NCBI RefSeq assembly: GCF_006345805.1
Contig: NC_043002.1
Location: 104,780,001-104,844,000 of the forward strand
Length of the DNA stretch: 64,000 nt
DNA from: Octopus sinensis
Lineage: Eukaryota
Reading direction: 5' to 3'
Shown: positions 1 through 13,549 of the stretch, piece by piece
Numbering within the stretch: the first letter of the stretch is position 1
Layout: every line of letters starts with the position of its first letter
The notes under the pieces: model-generated
The model's input: the letters and a program-made list of their open reading frames with translations, nothing else
Told to the model about the DNA's origin: nothing
The model's database searches: none
Made by a program: the position numbers and the translations under genes

Positions 1-775
1 ATCTCCACTCCTCGGCTCAAAACAATATCTGTGTATCGCGATTTCTGGGATTTCTCTTCATCATAGATATTGTTTTGAGCTGAGGGCGGGGTGCTAGATT
101 CTCTTGTTCGAAAATGTAAGGACACAGATCGTGTCGTGTAGCGAGCCGGAGACGGTGTCTCCTGGAGCTAAATTACAGCAACTTTCGTTCTAAACCAGGA
201 CTGCCATGCAATGTTGGCAAACAACCTTTGCTACTGTGTAATGATTGTTAAGCAATTTATTTTTTTAAAAAACATAATATAATAAATTATATATGAAATA
301 ATATTTTTTCTAAAGAAAAAACAGAATCTAATAAATTTTCATGGTTTTCTCTGTCTAATTTTTATAGAGCTGTCTAACCTTTGATACGTCGTAAACCTCC
401 AAGAAAATGGTGTCACTTACATCAGCAAACTAGCCGTATTGTAGTTGATACATTGTATCATCTGTGTAGTCTACTATGCTATCCAAGAACAGATTATTCA
501 GTCATCTGTCTTACGCCAAAACAACAGCACTGCAATTCTTTCTTAAGTTCACACTGAAGAATTGATATATGAATTAAGTATGTCGGATCGATTACAATTC
601 CAGTAAATACAGAATGAAGCTAATAACAACTTTACATACACGGTTCTGATTTAGAAGAATCATAGAGGATTCTACGCATGGGTTTTACGTAAATAATATT
701 AGTTATATTGTGGTGGTGATCAAGGTAATGTTTCCAAACTTTAGAAAAGGAATATGAAAACCTCTTCTTGTTGTC

Positions 776-1705
776 ACTAACATATCAAGCTGTACCTCGA
801 AATAAAGAGGTCAGATCCTGTACACTATAGGTCTCTATTGCAAGCAGACCTGGACACAATGCAGCAATGGATCATGGACTGGCAACTCAAACTGGCTGTG
901 GACAAATGTACCACCATGCATTTTGGGAGGAGAAACCCAGCGTCCACCTATTCCCTCGACAACACTAATCTCAAAAAGTCTTAGTGTGAACGTGGCCTGG
1001 GTGTTATTGTCGACACTGATTTGCGTTGGACAAAACGCATCGCTAAAATTGTCAAGAAGGCTGAGGGTGTCTTGGCATCACTCACCAAATCCTTTGTGAG
1101 CCGCTCTCCGACTATCTATCTGCGGCTTAATATTGCTATGGTAAGACCTCACCTGGAATTTGCATCACCGGTCTGGAACCCCTATCTTGCCCAGGATATC
1201 AATCGTCTGGAAGCCGATCAGCGACGTGCAACCAAAAGAAAACCCCCCATCAGGCATTTGCCATATTCTGAACGCCTCACTTCCCTGGGCATGGACACAT
1301 TGAAACTCCGACGTCTGGCAGCTGACTTGGCAGACACCCATAAAATTATCAACCATCTTACGAACAATAACTCTGAGCACTTTTTCAAACTCCACCCGTC
1401 TAACACCCGTGGACATATTTACAAAGTCAGAAAGCAGCACAGCTCCCATGACTTTAGGAAACATTTTTTCACGCTGAGAGTTGCTGAAGCATGGAACAAA
1501 CTGCCGGCATCGGTTGTCAGTTGTTGGAGCACTGCATCCTTCAAAACTTCCATGCTTTCTGAGATTTGCGAACACTACACCTGATTTCTTCCCCTCCATA
1601 CACACACAGGCATGTATCTGACTCATACCGCATACACTTTATACGCACTTTCTGACAAGTTGTGGTGCACCTGAGCACTATATACAATAATTTCATTATT
1701 ATTAT
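776..1705 (+). mobile_element. 5'-truncated CR1/L2-group LINE (end of RT, C-terminal region, 3' UTR)
   Basis: ORF 1021-1584 has VRPHLEFASPVWNP, QRRATK, LGMDTLKLRRL, TRGH and FFTLRVAEAWNKLP, typical CR1/L2 ORF2 C-terminal motifs. The upstream frame (IKLY...DLDTMQQWIMDWQL...KC) has a stop. Ends in a short (ATT)n tail. Confidence 0.9.
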
Positions 1706-2078
1706 ATATCACAAATTAATAAACAAAAAATTAAAAATGATCAAAACGAAACAGAAAATAAAATTCGTTTAATGAAAAACATCTTCTGCTGGAACATGAG
1801 GAAATGATGTTGCTAACATGGATCCACCACTCATCCAAGAAATACTTTGTCAGTTGATTGCAGAGTATCCATTGAACCACACGCTAGAAACGGGGGTTAC
1901 TTCTAAGCCGTCTCTTTCTAAATTTCTTTCTATTAATACGGTAACAACTTCTGTCTCCTTCCACCAGAGAGATAAATACTAAACACAGTCATAAGATGTC
2001 AGTTGATTCACACTCGGTCTCCTGCTTCTCTAAAATCTCGTTCCGAAATCCTGCACAAGTTATTTTGCTTAATACCAC

Positions 2079-2340
2079 TGGAAGCACTCCGTCGGTTACG
2101 ACGACGAGGGTTCCGGTTGATCCGATCAACGGAACAGCCTGCTCGTGAAATTAACGTGTAAGTGGCTGAGCACTCCACAGACACGTGTACCCTTAATGTA
2201 GTTCTCGGGGATATTCAGCGTGACACAGAGAGTGACAAGGCCGGCCCTTTGAAATACAGGTACAACAGAAACAGGAAGTAAGAGTGAGAGAAAGTTGTGG
2301 TGAAAGAGTACAGCAGGGATCACCACCATCCCTGCCGGAG
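2079..2340 (-). mobile_element. SINE family C, 5'-truncated copy (no tRNA head)
   Basis: Near-identical to 45341-45600. Flanked by an 11-bp TSD CTTAATACCAC at 2068-2078 and 2341-2351. Confidence 0.9.
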
Positions 2341-3442
2341 CTTAATACCACGCATGTTCTACCAAGACCTGTTTAATTCCTTATACTCATCGAGCTACGT
2401 GAATACACGTAGCCTGGAGGTTGAGGAGATGCATTTACCACCGCTTGTTCGTGGTTTCGAATTCCAACCCAAGTGATGCGTAGAGTTCAAGCTCACAAAG
2501 CACATCATTTCACGTTGTTCCAGTCCACTAAGTTGTAAATAAATAAAATCGTGATGGATTGGGGTTGCAGTTACATGGGATTTTATGATCTGTATCACTT
2601 ACACTCCATGAAAACCGGGTTACAGGTTTCCATGAGTCTTAGATTCAAAACAGTACTTACGTTTTAAATTGATTTACGGATATTTAACTAACGAGATGTT
2701 TCGTATATACAGGATCAATGTCACTCCTTTTTGTACCTTGATTAAATTCATTGTTTCTGACTGAGCTGACATTAAACTGCATCTTAAGTTTTGGTAATTA
2801 ACGTTGAAGCGCGTGAGGTGAACATGACCAGTGTTTTTTTCTTTCTGACACTTAATTTCTCTCCTTATTACTCACCACCAGCAAATTCTACGGAGTTTTT
2901 GATCGCGTTCACTATGTGGCATCAAACTACTATTTTTGCCCGCCGTTTTCTTCACTGATTAATTGGTGGTATTTAAAAATCACCTCAAAATCGTCACTCT
3001 GGTAAAATCTACAATCTTCATTAGAGTTGTACCTCAAACTTCAAAATTAGTAATTTATTAAATACTTATAAGTAAAGCATTTTACTTTCTTTTGTTTTTG
3101 TCGACAGACAAAATATATGACAGGTCAGTTTAAGGGGCACAACTTGGACCGTGAATGTTACGCATCATTCAGTTGTCCAAATCCATGAAGATTTTAGCAG
3201 AATAGATTCACTTTCCTGGAATTCAGTCAGCTGCAATTATTCAATCCGAAAAGTTTCCCCGTCGGTTGATAAGCTACGAAACGTGATTTCTACTCCAAAT
3301 ACGCCCACCACATTCACAGACTTGCTGCAAGAAGATTATGATATTCGTCTGCTTCCTATTCTTCTTTGACTAAAGCCATAGGGATAAAAGCAGATTATCC
3401 TGCTTGGTAAGAGAAAATACTGCTTAATTTACAAGATCTTTG

Positions 3443-3602
3443 TTAGTTTTCTGCCTCGAATTTTATTTTTGTGATGTCTATTTCATGGATGGGAATGGTT
3501 CCTCCAAGTCTGATTCCATAGGTAACTGATAATCTATTGAAATCATTAATTGGTGTCCCTTCGAAATAAACACTCTCACAGAACAGAAAGAAAATGGCAT
3601 CA
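3443..3602 (-). other. Candidate terminal coding exon, unknown product
   Basis: Strong acceptor (ttcttgctctttttctttttgtattcaacAG) followed by a phase-2 open frame DAIFFLFCESVYFEGT...KIKFEAEN*. No family recognised. Confidence 0.25.
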
Positions 3603-4212
3603 CTGTTGAATACAAAAAGAAAAAGAGCAAGAATAAAAATTGAGTAAATCTACAGATCTGTCAAAGCCAGAATATCTACAGACATTTTGGTACAGGATAG
3701 AGAGAAAAAATGATTTTGATTCTAATATATTTTCACCTATGTTACAATGGCGGCTTTTCTGTGGAGAGATGATGTTGGGGAATAATAATATAAAGAAGAA
3801 AAAGGACAATAATAATTCATGAAAATAACAAAAAAATCTATATAGAAATTCTAAATATATGAAACAAAACGAATATGGAAGCAACAAATACAATAGCAAC
3901 AACAACAACAGAAATAATATCAGCACCACCTAACTACTGCCATAACAACAATAACTGCAACATTGACAAGAAGCAGAAGGAATGAAGGCAAATGTGATGG
4001 GGAAGGATAATGGATTTTTAGATATTTTAAACAATGGCAAGGAACATAATTAAATTATGCTCACAAAGTTATCTTTTAAATGGGTTTTATTTTTACTTTC
4101 AGTTTATTTTGAATCAATATTCCCACTATAGAGGCATTTATTGCTGTGTAGAACGTAACAAGGTCTAAAAATACTGGACCTAACGGAGAAAGAGAGAGAA
4201 TAGTGATGTAGC

Positions 4213-4797
<585 letters not shown>

Positions 4798-5126
4798 CGG
4801 TGAGGAATGAGGGTTTACGATAAAAAGACATGAGAAGAGAAAATATGGAAAGAAAAAAAAGAGGCGGATGATGAACAGAATGAAAGAATGCACAAAGTTC
4901 GGCGATGGAATGACGTAGGAAGTTCCATATTAAACAACAATGGAAGCTAACGGTTAGTGCAGTATGTGTTTTACCTTAAAATGGTATATAAAATGTATAT
5001 AATCAGATATATCTCTCATGTGTGTAGAACAACGCATGTAGACATAACTGGCATATACATCACACACAGTAATGAGAATGCATGCATGTAGATGATGACG
5101 GTGGTGATGATGATGACGACGACGAC

Positions 5127-5168
<42 letters not shown>

Positions 5169-5169
5169 A

Positions 5170-5201
<32 letters not shown>

Positions 5202-5237
5202 AATGATATATATATATATATATATATAATATACGTA

Positions 5238-5615
5238 AGCGCAGGAGAGGGTGTGTGGTAAGAATCGTGTTTCCCAATCACATAGTTCTGGGTTCAGTCC
5301 CACTGCGTGGTAACTCGTGCAAGTCTCTTCAGTGGATTAGGTAGATGGAATCTGAAAGAAGCCCGTCCTATATATATATATATATTATATATATATATAT
5401 ATTTATTTATTTATGTATGTATTTGTGTGTGTGCTTGTCTCCACCACAACCATCGGTCGACAACCAACGTTGCTATGTTTGCGTCCTCGTAATATAGTGG
5501 TACGGCAAAATAGACCGACAGAGTAACTACCAGGCTTACAAAGGATAAGTTCTGAGGACGATTGGCTCGAGTAATGGCGGTGCAACCACATGGCCGCTTG
5601 AAACATGTAACAGAG
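5238..5615 (+). mobile_element. tRNA-derived SINE family A (diverged, internal deletion)
   Basis: A-box-like GTGTGTGGTAAG, B-box-like GGTTCAGTCCC, internal (TA)n/(TG)n and a 3' half matching other copies in the window. Confidence 0.85.
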
Positions 5616-5635
5616 TACACACACAAACACACACA

Positions 5636-5670
<35 letters not shown>

Positions 5671-5682
5671 CACCATATATAT

Positions 5683-5728
<46 letters not shown>

Positions 5729-7081
5729 TATCCGTTTAGAGAATCATACATGCGAACAAACATTTTTGAGCAGAGACAAACGCAACGTGATATGAATTCC
5801 CTCAACCAGAAAAGAGACAAGAATCAGAAACAACGTTTTTATATATTAATAAGTATATACATTGTATACGAAATGCGATTATATCTGCATGCTCATACAC
5901 AGATATGAGGAGAAAGAGAGTAAGTAAAGGAGAGGGAGAGAGAGGAAATAAATACGAAGGAGAGGAAACATTATACACAGCAGCAGATAAAGCGCGGAAG
6001 ATATTGAAAAGACACAAATATGTATTTCAATTCCCCCTCATCAGCTGCCAACTGAACTACATAATGATTTCGGCACAAACAAGACTGAAACAAGAGTGAC
6101 ATGAAATTGCTAAAGTATAGACAGCGTATTTTACAGAAGAGTGGAAAAGTTCGCGTTGAAACTATTCGTCACTAAATAGAAGACATCATGAAAGAACAGC
6201 TACAACGTGAGGCAAGAAAAAAATTCCGTTCTCTTCGATTTTTCCCTGATCATGCTGCAAAATAATTTTAGGGATAAATTTGTACAACGCACTGAAACAA
6301 ACGTGTAAGGTTTAATAATCTAAAGCAATGACAGCTGGAAAAGGATTCTACAACACTGGTGATGGTGTGATGAATAACGTGTCGCTTTTTGTGTCGCCTG
6401 CCCGTCTTTCAGGGGTATAAATAGCTAGCTTGCTGACTGCTGTTAAATGGTAGCTAACACCCAGGCTATATTCCTAGCGTACCCACCCCAACCAACCATC
6501 ACAAACAGATCTCATTCCCAAACAAATTCAAAGCAACTGTATTTAACAAATAAAAATTAACTCAATGAATAAATTATTTTGTTGTTTTTACATGAATCTC
6601 TACTCCCATAATGCAATACAGCCCACTTTTGGAACCACTGATATAGACTGAAATTCTGGTCAAATTATGATTTCTGTAGAGTATATGTAGTGGTATTAAG
6701 AACCAGCTGCTTAATATTATTAGCAAGAGAGAATATTAGTAGAATTTTAGTTTCTTTGCTGATGAAGGTTGGAGAATTTTCTTTGCATGTAGTTTCATAT
6801 AAAGTTGACAGAAATACATTAGCTGTAAGCAATATGTGAATAAGGTATGAAGGAGTGGATACGTTTAATAAATATTCTCTTCACTCCATTCTCTCCAAGT
6901 CTCCTATAGTTATTCTTGCTTGCAGACTGCTGGTGGAAGCATTGCTTTGTAGTCCGCTGCTTTCAAATATAGTAGAATCCCTTCCTTCTGTCGGCGGTTT
7001 GTTCCGGCAGTTGATGCTTGAGGCCAGGGTGCAACGTTACGCTCTTCTACCGTTTGCATTTAAGTTGAAACTTTTGTCTTT

Positions 7082-7522
7082 TACATTAATTACATTATTT
7101 ACATTATTTATATTTGACGGATATTTGTCCTCATCTTGGTTAACACAACGCTTCGGCTGATATACCCTCCAGCCTTCATAAGGTGCCTTGGGGAAATTTC
7201 GAACCTGGGTTCTCATTCCAAAAGTACCTTAGGAATGAGAACCCAGGCTCGAAATTTCCCCAAGACATCTGCTTCTCTTTTTTGAGAAGATGAAGGAAAA
7301 GAAAATCACTTCTTGAAATCACATAGTGAAGGCATACGATATGTAAATCTACCAGTGATTTCTAATCATCTTACTTTTGAAGGAACTCTGAATTATTTTC
7401 GGATCAATGCCAAGCAATGGTAAGTATCAGCCGAAACGTTGTGTTAACAATACAGAAGATGAGGACAAATATCCGTCAAATGTAAATAATGTAGATAATT
7501 CCTCATCTCTTAAATATAGAAC
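7082..7522. mobile_element. Head-to-head pair of Penelope-like terminal-repeat fragments with decayed hammerhead cores
   Basis: 39-bp inverted arms at 7181-7219 and 7232-7270 (3 mismatches); outer arms ~7100-7162 and 7425-7491 are also inverted. The minus copy reads CTTATGA-AGGCTG...CAGCC-GAAG-CGTT and the plus copy keeps CAGCC-GAAA-CGTT. The Penelope assignment is inferred from the hammerhead-like motif. Confidence 0.65.
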
Positions 7523-7742
7523 TCTACATTTTTGTTTACTTCACATTCAAGAAAAGAGAGGATTGTTTTCGAGAAGTCAGGAAAATATTCAACGATTTAG
7601 TACTTTTAAATATCATAAGTAAGACTATTAGTTAAATTTGGTTGGTTCATATCAGAACTGATAACTTTTAAAGATGTCCTTCGGTGAATGTCACGCTGTT
7701 CACCAGTTTATATATGCATATTTGTTTATACATGTATATAGT

Positions 7743-8170
7743 TAGGCGTAGGAGTCGCTGTGTGGTAAGCAACTTTTTTACCAACCACATGGTCTCGTGT
7801 TCAGTCCCACTGCGTGAAACCTTGGGCAAGTGTCTTCTACTATAGCCTCGGGCCGACCAAAGCCTTATGAGTGGATTTGGTAGGCGGAAACTGAAAGAAG
7901 CCCGTCGTATATACATACATATATATATATGTGTGCGTGTGTGTGTGTGTGTGTGTGTCTGTGTGTGTTTGTGTGTCTGTGTTTCCTTCCCCAACATCTC
8001 TTGTCAACCGATGCCGGTAAGTCTACATCCGTAACTTAGCTGTTCGGCAAAATGAACCGATACAATAAGTACTAGGCTTACAAAGAATAAGTCTTGGCGT
8101 CGATTTGCTCGACAAAAAAGTCCGTGCTCCAGCATGGACGCAGTCAAATGACTGAAACAAATACAAGAGA
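7743..8170 (+). mobile_element. tRNA-derived SINE family A, full length
   Basis: GGCGTAGGAGTCGCTGTGTGGTAAG head, B box, central microsatellite and GTCAAATGACTGAAACAA tail. Confidence 0.92.
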
Positions 8171-8497
8171 AATGTCATACACACACACATGCATATTATG
8201 CACGTATGCATGTATGTATATGCATAGAAACGTGCATTTACGTATGTATATTAATGTGTTTTGATCAAGGCTTCAGTAAGCCATCTACCATCCTAATTTT
8301 GCTTCTTGTGTAAATGTGCCAAGCGCCCCCACCCCCACCGACAGTGATATTGTAGCCTTTATGTATATTTGCTATAATCACCTCTACGTCTTCATTTCAA
8401 TAAAACAAATTACCAGCTTGTCAAAACATCACTGAATGAACTGTATTTTTATACTCAATGAACTTGTGCAATTTCTGTAATATATTCTGATACTTAC

Positions 8498-8627
8498 CAT
8501 AGCTTGGCATTGATCCGAAAATAATTCAGAGTTCCTTCAAAAGTAAGATGATTAGAAATCACTGGTAGATTTAAATATCGTATGCCTTCTCTATGTGATT
8601 TCAAGAAGTGCTTTTCTTTTCCTTCAT
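8498..8627 (-). other. Candidate internal exon (130 nt, phase 1 to phase 2)
   Basis: Pyrimidine tract plus tandem GAG/AAG acceptor, open frame EGKEKHFLKSHREGIRYLNLPV...RINAKL, and a consensus donor TG|GTAAGT. Confidence 0.3.
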
Positions 8628-11596
8628 CTTCTCAAAAAAGAGAAGCAGAACTGATTCGGTTGATTAAGGGTATTATTGATTTTAGATTATTACACAACAT
8701 ATCGATCTGGATTTCAAGCACACAAACACAATTTGTTCAGTTTCTTTTTTGTGACTAGGTGTATACAATCAAGTTGAACTGAAAGATAACTGGTACTCTG
8801 TTATACTATTTTTGAATGGTTAATGCTGGAGTAGCATCTAGTGTGATGCATATCTTTGCTGGGGTTTCGACCCGTGATTATGTCATCAGTGAATGGTTTA
8901 GAATTGATAAATCATTAAATCGTTTTCGATGCACAGTATACTCATTGCCGTCCGATTTTCTAGAAAATGAAGCCTGTTAATCTGAATTAACACGGGAACG
9001 TAAATAGAAAAGCTGTACATACTCTGAATTATGTTGTATTATGTCTAAATAACGATGATGAAAAACAAGCCCCAAAATAGTCACGTGTGGAGCGTCATTG
9101 ATCACATGACAGACGAATCAGCTATCAAAAACAATTGAATAAACTACATAAACTGTGTCGTGTAAGGGCTCTATGTGGTCGGCTAGAAAGAGCAGCCAAA
9201 TCTAGTTCAAATCAGATGCTATCACATTAAATAAATTAAATATGCAGTACGTAACACTCAGCTAGGACTGTTACATCAGTATAGAATTTAGATGTTATTC
9301 CGATGTTGGTTTGTTTTTGATCAAATCTCTAGCTGCACAGACGAAAGAAGCAAAACGTCAGATACTGTCGGGGCCGATACATATTGTCGAAGGAATGAAA
9401 AAAATCGACATGGACCGGAGATATTTCAAAGAGGGTCTGTCCTGAGGTTAAATATCACTCACAACAATACTAACGGAAGTGTTGACTCCACTACACATCC
9501 ACTTCATGTTCTATCAAAATGCTAAAAAGGGCAGCAAAATGCCATTCAAATCCAATATTATGACATTACTTGAATGATATACAGCATCGTTATGTATGAA
9601 AGCAACGAAGCCGAAATGGAAACGGTATAAACAATAATTTTAAAGAAAGAGAATAGACTTTTGCCCAGTGGTGCTTTATCAATATCTGCTTTACTATCCC
9701 ATCCACACTAAATCCATTTTTCGATATCTAATTGCTCTAATGATCCCTAAGTTGATATTTCATAGGAATTACCAAAGACGAAGTCTTTATGAAAATAGGT
9801 TTAGAATATAGCTATTACTCCAAATTACGTATCTTATTTCTAATAAAAGTTACAAACTCTTTAAACACAGAGCTGATCCAAAACTCATCACCGCTTTGAC
9901 ATCTCAAAATTCCCCCAAGAGTTCGCTGTTCAGGTTAAGAACTACTGAAGTAGTACCTATTGAAAAGTATTCTTTGTTACAATAGTAAAACAATGTAACT
10001 CCGAAATAAGACGCTATTATGTTTGTGTGTTTATTAAAGGATGCAATATTTTATATAATGCTACCTCAAAAATAATCAACATTAATTATATAACGTCCAG
10101 TGTTACTTAAAGGTTTGCCGTAATTAAAATTAACCTACTCGAAAAACGAATGCAACTTACTCAATTTCAATATCCCCGTCTCTGTGGAGTTTAAACAGTG
10201 TGTCTGTGTGAGAAAATAATAATTATGTTAAAATTTAATTTCCTATAAAGCTGAACGTTCCCAGATTGTAAAGAAATAATTTAGATAAATATTTTAATGT
10301 GTGCTGAAAAAATCTCGGCTTTATATTTATGTGCGTCGGTGAGAGTGTGTGTAAAACATACACATATACATGTATACACACATATACATTAATATAGGTA
10401 TACTCACAAACACTCCTCTTTTGTATCTGTGTGTATACGCGTGTATATGAGCATTGCGTTATTTAACCAATCAATACACTGATAGGAATTTAATTTTTAA
10501 ATAGAATCTCATTACCAATTAATACATTAAATTTAATTGTAAGAAAGAGAATCGGCAACAAAAACAACAACAACAACTACAACAAACAAAAAACATTAGC
10601 AACAAACATTAAAGAACAGAACATAAATTTAACACGTATATATCAAAACGATAATCACGTGACTATTTTATTATTCATCGCGTTGTATTTATCATGAGAA
10701 TAAATGATTAAAAAAATAATTATCAAATAATACATCAATTTACGCGATAGTTTTTGATGAAAATCACGATATATTTTCTATGAATAATTCTTTGAATTGA
10801 AATTGGTGACTGCGGTAGAGGGAAGAAAAAAAATAATATTACTTATTTCGAGAAAGATGCCAAGTGACAGAGAAATCTGTGGGGATTTTTCGATTCTTAT
10901 CATGTCACTTTCAACGTGTTATACTCCAGAACAAGGGAAGTTAACTCTGTATAGCTATAATTAACTGTAAATAAGATCTCTTTGTGGACATTCAGAGACG
11001 AACTTTCAAGAGTCAATAGATACAACTAATGATAGCGTGCATACTGGAAAAATCTCTAATAAGTGGGTAACTTGTGAGTGTCTCAGCTGCGTTGAATTTT
11101 TGGATCGGTTATATTTTAAGGCAACGATAAGATCAATGCTTGATCTATCGAATACTCTCATGAATTCTGTGGTTGAGTATTCTATATCAGATATATTAAT
11201 CTCCCTTTCTCTATCCCTCTCTCTCGTTATCTTTACACACACACACACACATATATATATGTCTTAGGAGAGTCATTCAATTTTAGTGCCTTATGATTTG
11301 ACACACTCACCGGTAAAATTTCCACACTTTTACTTATTTAGTTTTTTAAAATTTTTCTTTGCTTCTTACAGCCATTTCGATATTTGTCCGTTATTCAAAC
11401 TGGGTTCTTTTTGTTTGTTAATGCGCATGTGTATGAGTCGGTGTATGTTTGTATGCATGCATGCATGCATGAAAGCGTGTGTATAAATGTATGTGTGTGC
11501 GAAGGTATATATGTTTGTGCGTAATTTTATATGTATGTATTCTGCATATTCATGTTTTTGTGTGTTGATGTTTGAGTGTTTTTTGTACGTGTGCTT

Positions 11597-11817
<221 letters not shown>

Positions 11818-12452
11818 TGTTGGCCGAAATCTGCCTTTCAGCTCCTGACCCTCGTCGTGTTAACATCGTTGTTCTTCGTCCGCCGCTATAAAGGCTTTTT
11901 CCAATGCGCCAGAGAAAAAATTTGTTTGCTTGTTATCAGTCGTAAGACACTTGTTGTTTTCACCGTTAATGCTTCTGTATTTCATGTTTCTGTATTCCAT
12001 TATTGTTTTTTTTATATCTGTCCCTTTTGCTGTCCTGGTGTTCGTATGCATTCGATCCTTCTTCCAGGAAATCTACGCTTCCAGCTTAGTTTTTCTTGGA
12101 GGGCTGGCCGTGATCTAGTAATCTCAAGATTAATCAGCCGAAATTACTACGATGATCCGGTTCTTGACTGAAGACTGAGGGGTTCGAATGTCCTGTCCAT
12201 GTTTATTGTATCGTCTTCTATGAGTTATACGTTCTTGTCCATGTTGTATTTTTCTACATACCTTAATATATATATATATATATACACGGAGTAGTAGCAG
12301 TATTAAACAGTGGCAAGAGATAATATCTGTTAAATAATAAAGCATTACAAGATAATGACTCTCCCGAGACAGAACAGATTATGTTTCAACACACAAACTA
12401 ACATAAAGAATCTTGCAAACCAAACCCCAATATGAAATATATATATATATAT

Positions 12453-12862
12453 AGGCGCAGGAGTGGCTGTGTGGTAAGTACCTTGCTAACCCACCACATG
12501 GTTCCGGGTTCTGTCCCACTGCGTGGCATCTTGAGCAAGTGTCTTCTGCTATAGCCCCGGGCCGACCAATGCCTTGTGAGTGGATTTGGTAGACGGAAAC
12601 TGAAAGAAGCCTGTCGTATATATGCATATGTATATATGTATTTGTGTGTGTGTTTGTGTATCTGTGTTTGTCACCCTAGCATTGCTTGACAACCGATGCT
12701 CGTGTGTTTACGTCCTCGTCACTTAGCGGTTCGGCAAAATAGACCGATAGAATAAGTACTTGGCCTACAAAGAATAAGTACCGGGGTCGATTTGCTCGAT
12801 TAAAAGGTGGTGCTCCAGCATGGCCGCAGTCAATTGACAGAAACAACTAAAAGAGTAAAAGA

Positions 12863-12863
<1 letters not shown>
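12453..12863 (+). mobile_element. tRNA-derived SINE family A, full length
   Basis: GGCGCAGGAGTGGCTGTGTGGTAAG head through an (AAAAGAGT)n tail. Confidence 0.93.
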
Positions 12864-12929
<66 letters not shown>

Positions 12930-13056
12930 CATACACATATTTATATACATATATACGTATATATATACATATATACGTATATATATACATATATACGTAT
13001 ATATATACATATATACGTATATATATACATATATACACTCATCTATATACATGTAT

Positions 13057-13135
<79 letters not shown>
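12864..13135. repeat. (TA)n with an embedded 20-bp minisatellite (ATATATACATATATACGTAT, ~4 copies) and (CA)n
   Basis: The 20-bp unit repeats at ~12941-13036. Confidence 0.9.
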
Positions 13136-13136
<1 letters not shown>

Positions 13137-13501
13137 CGGGAAGGTTTACGATATGTATATATACGTATGTAGGTATCTTTCTGTGTTTGTGGCTCCATGC
13201 TCCTATCAGCATGTCTGTCTAATTGTCAGCTTGTTTGTTTACCTGTCTGTATCATGTGTATATGTGTTTCTATAAGTGTATATATGCACGCACACACACA
13301 CAGTAGTAGCAGTACTAAACAGTAGTAAGGGATAAACGAACTTTAGATTATATACATCAGACTTATACATACTACCCTCAAGTTGATATATATATAGAGA
13401 GAGGGGGAGAGAAAGAAGGAGGAGAGGGAGGAGAGAAGGCAAGAGATGGAGATACATATATATATATATATAGGTAGGTAGATTGACAGAGAGATTTAGA
13501 C

Positions 13502-13549
<48 letters not shown>

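Noticed and set aside
368-724. 357-nt AG...GT bounded, phase-symmetric exon-like segment
   Set aside because: About seven stops in the best frame, roughly what random AT-rich sequence gives, and no recognisable domain.
8855-8895. Minus-strand CTGATGA...GAAA resembling a hammerhead
   Set aside because: Stem II does not close in register (C opposite C) and there is no stem III/UH or stem I.
9332-9525. ORF with a possible C...WTG...C (sushi-like) pattern
   Set aside because: Needs an assumed frameshift and rests on only a few residues.
12941-13036. Regular 20-bp repeats as a possible CRISPR-like array
   Set aside because: No unique spacers, derived from (TA)n, eukaryotic context and no cas genes.
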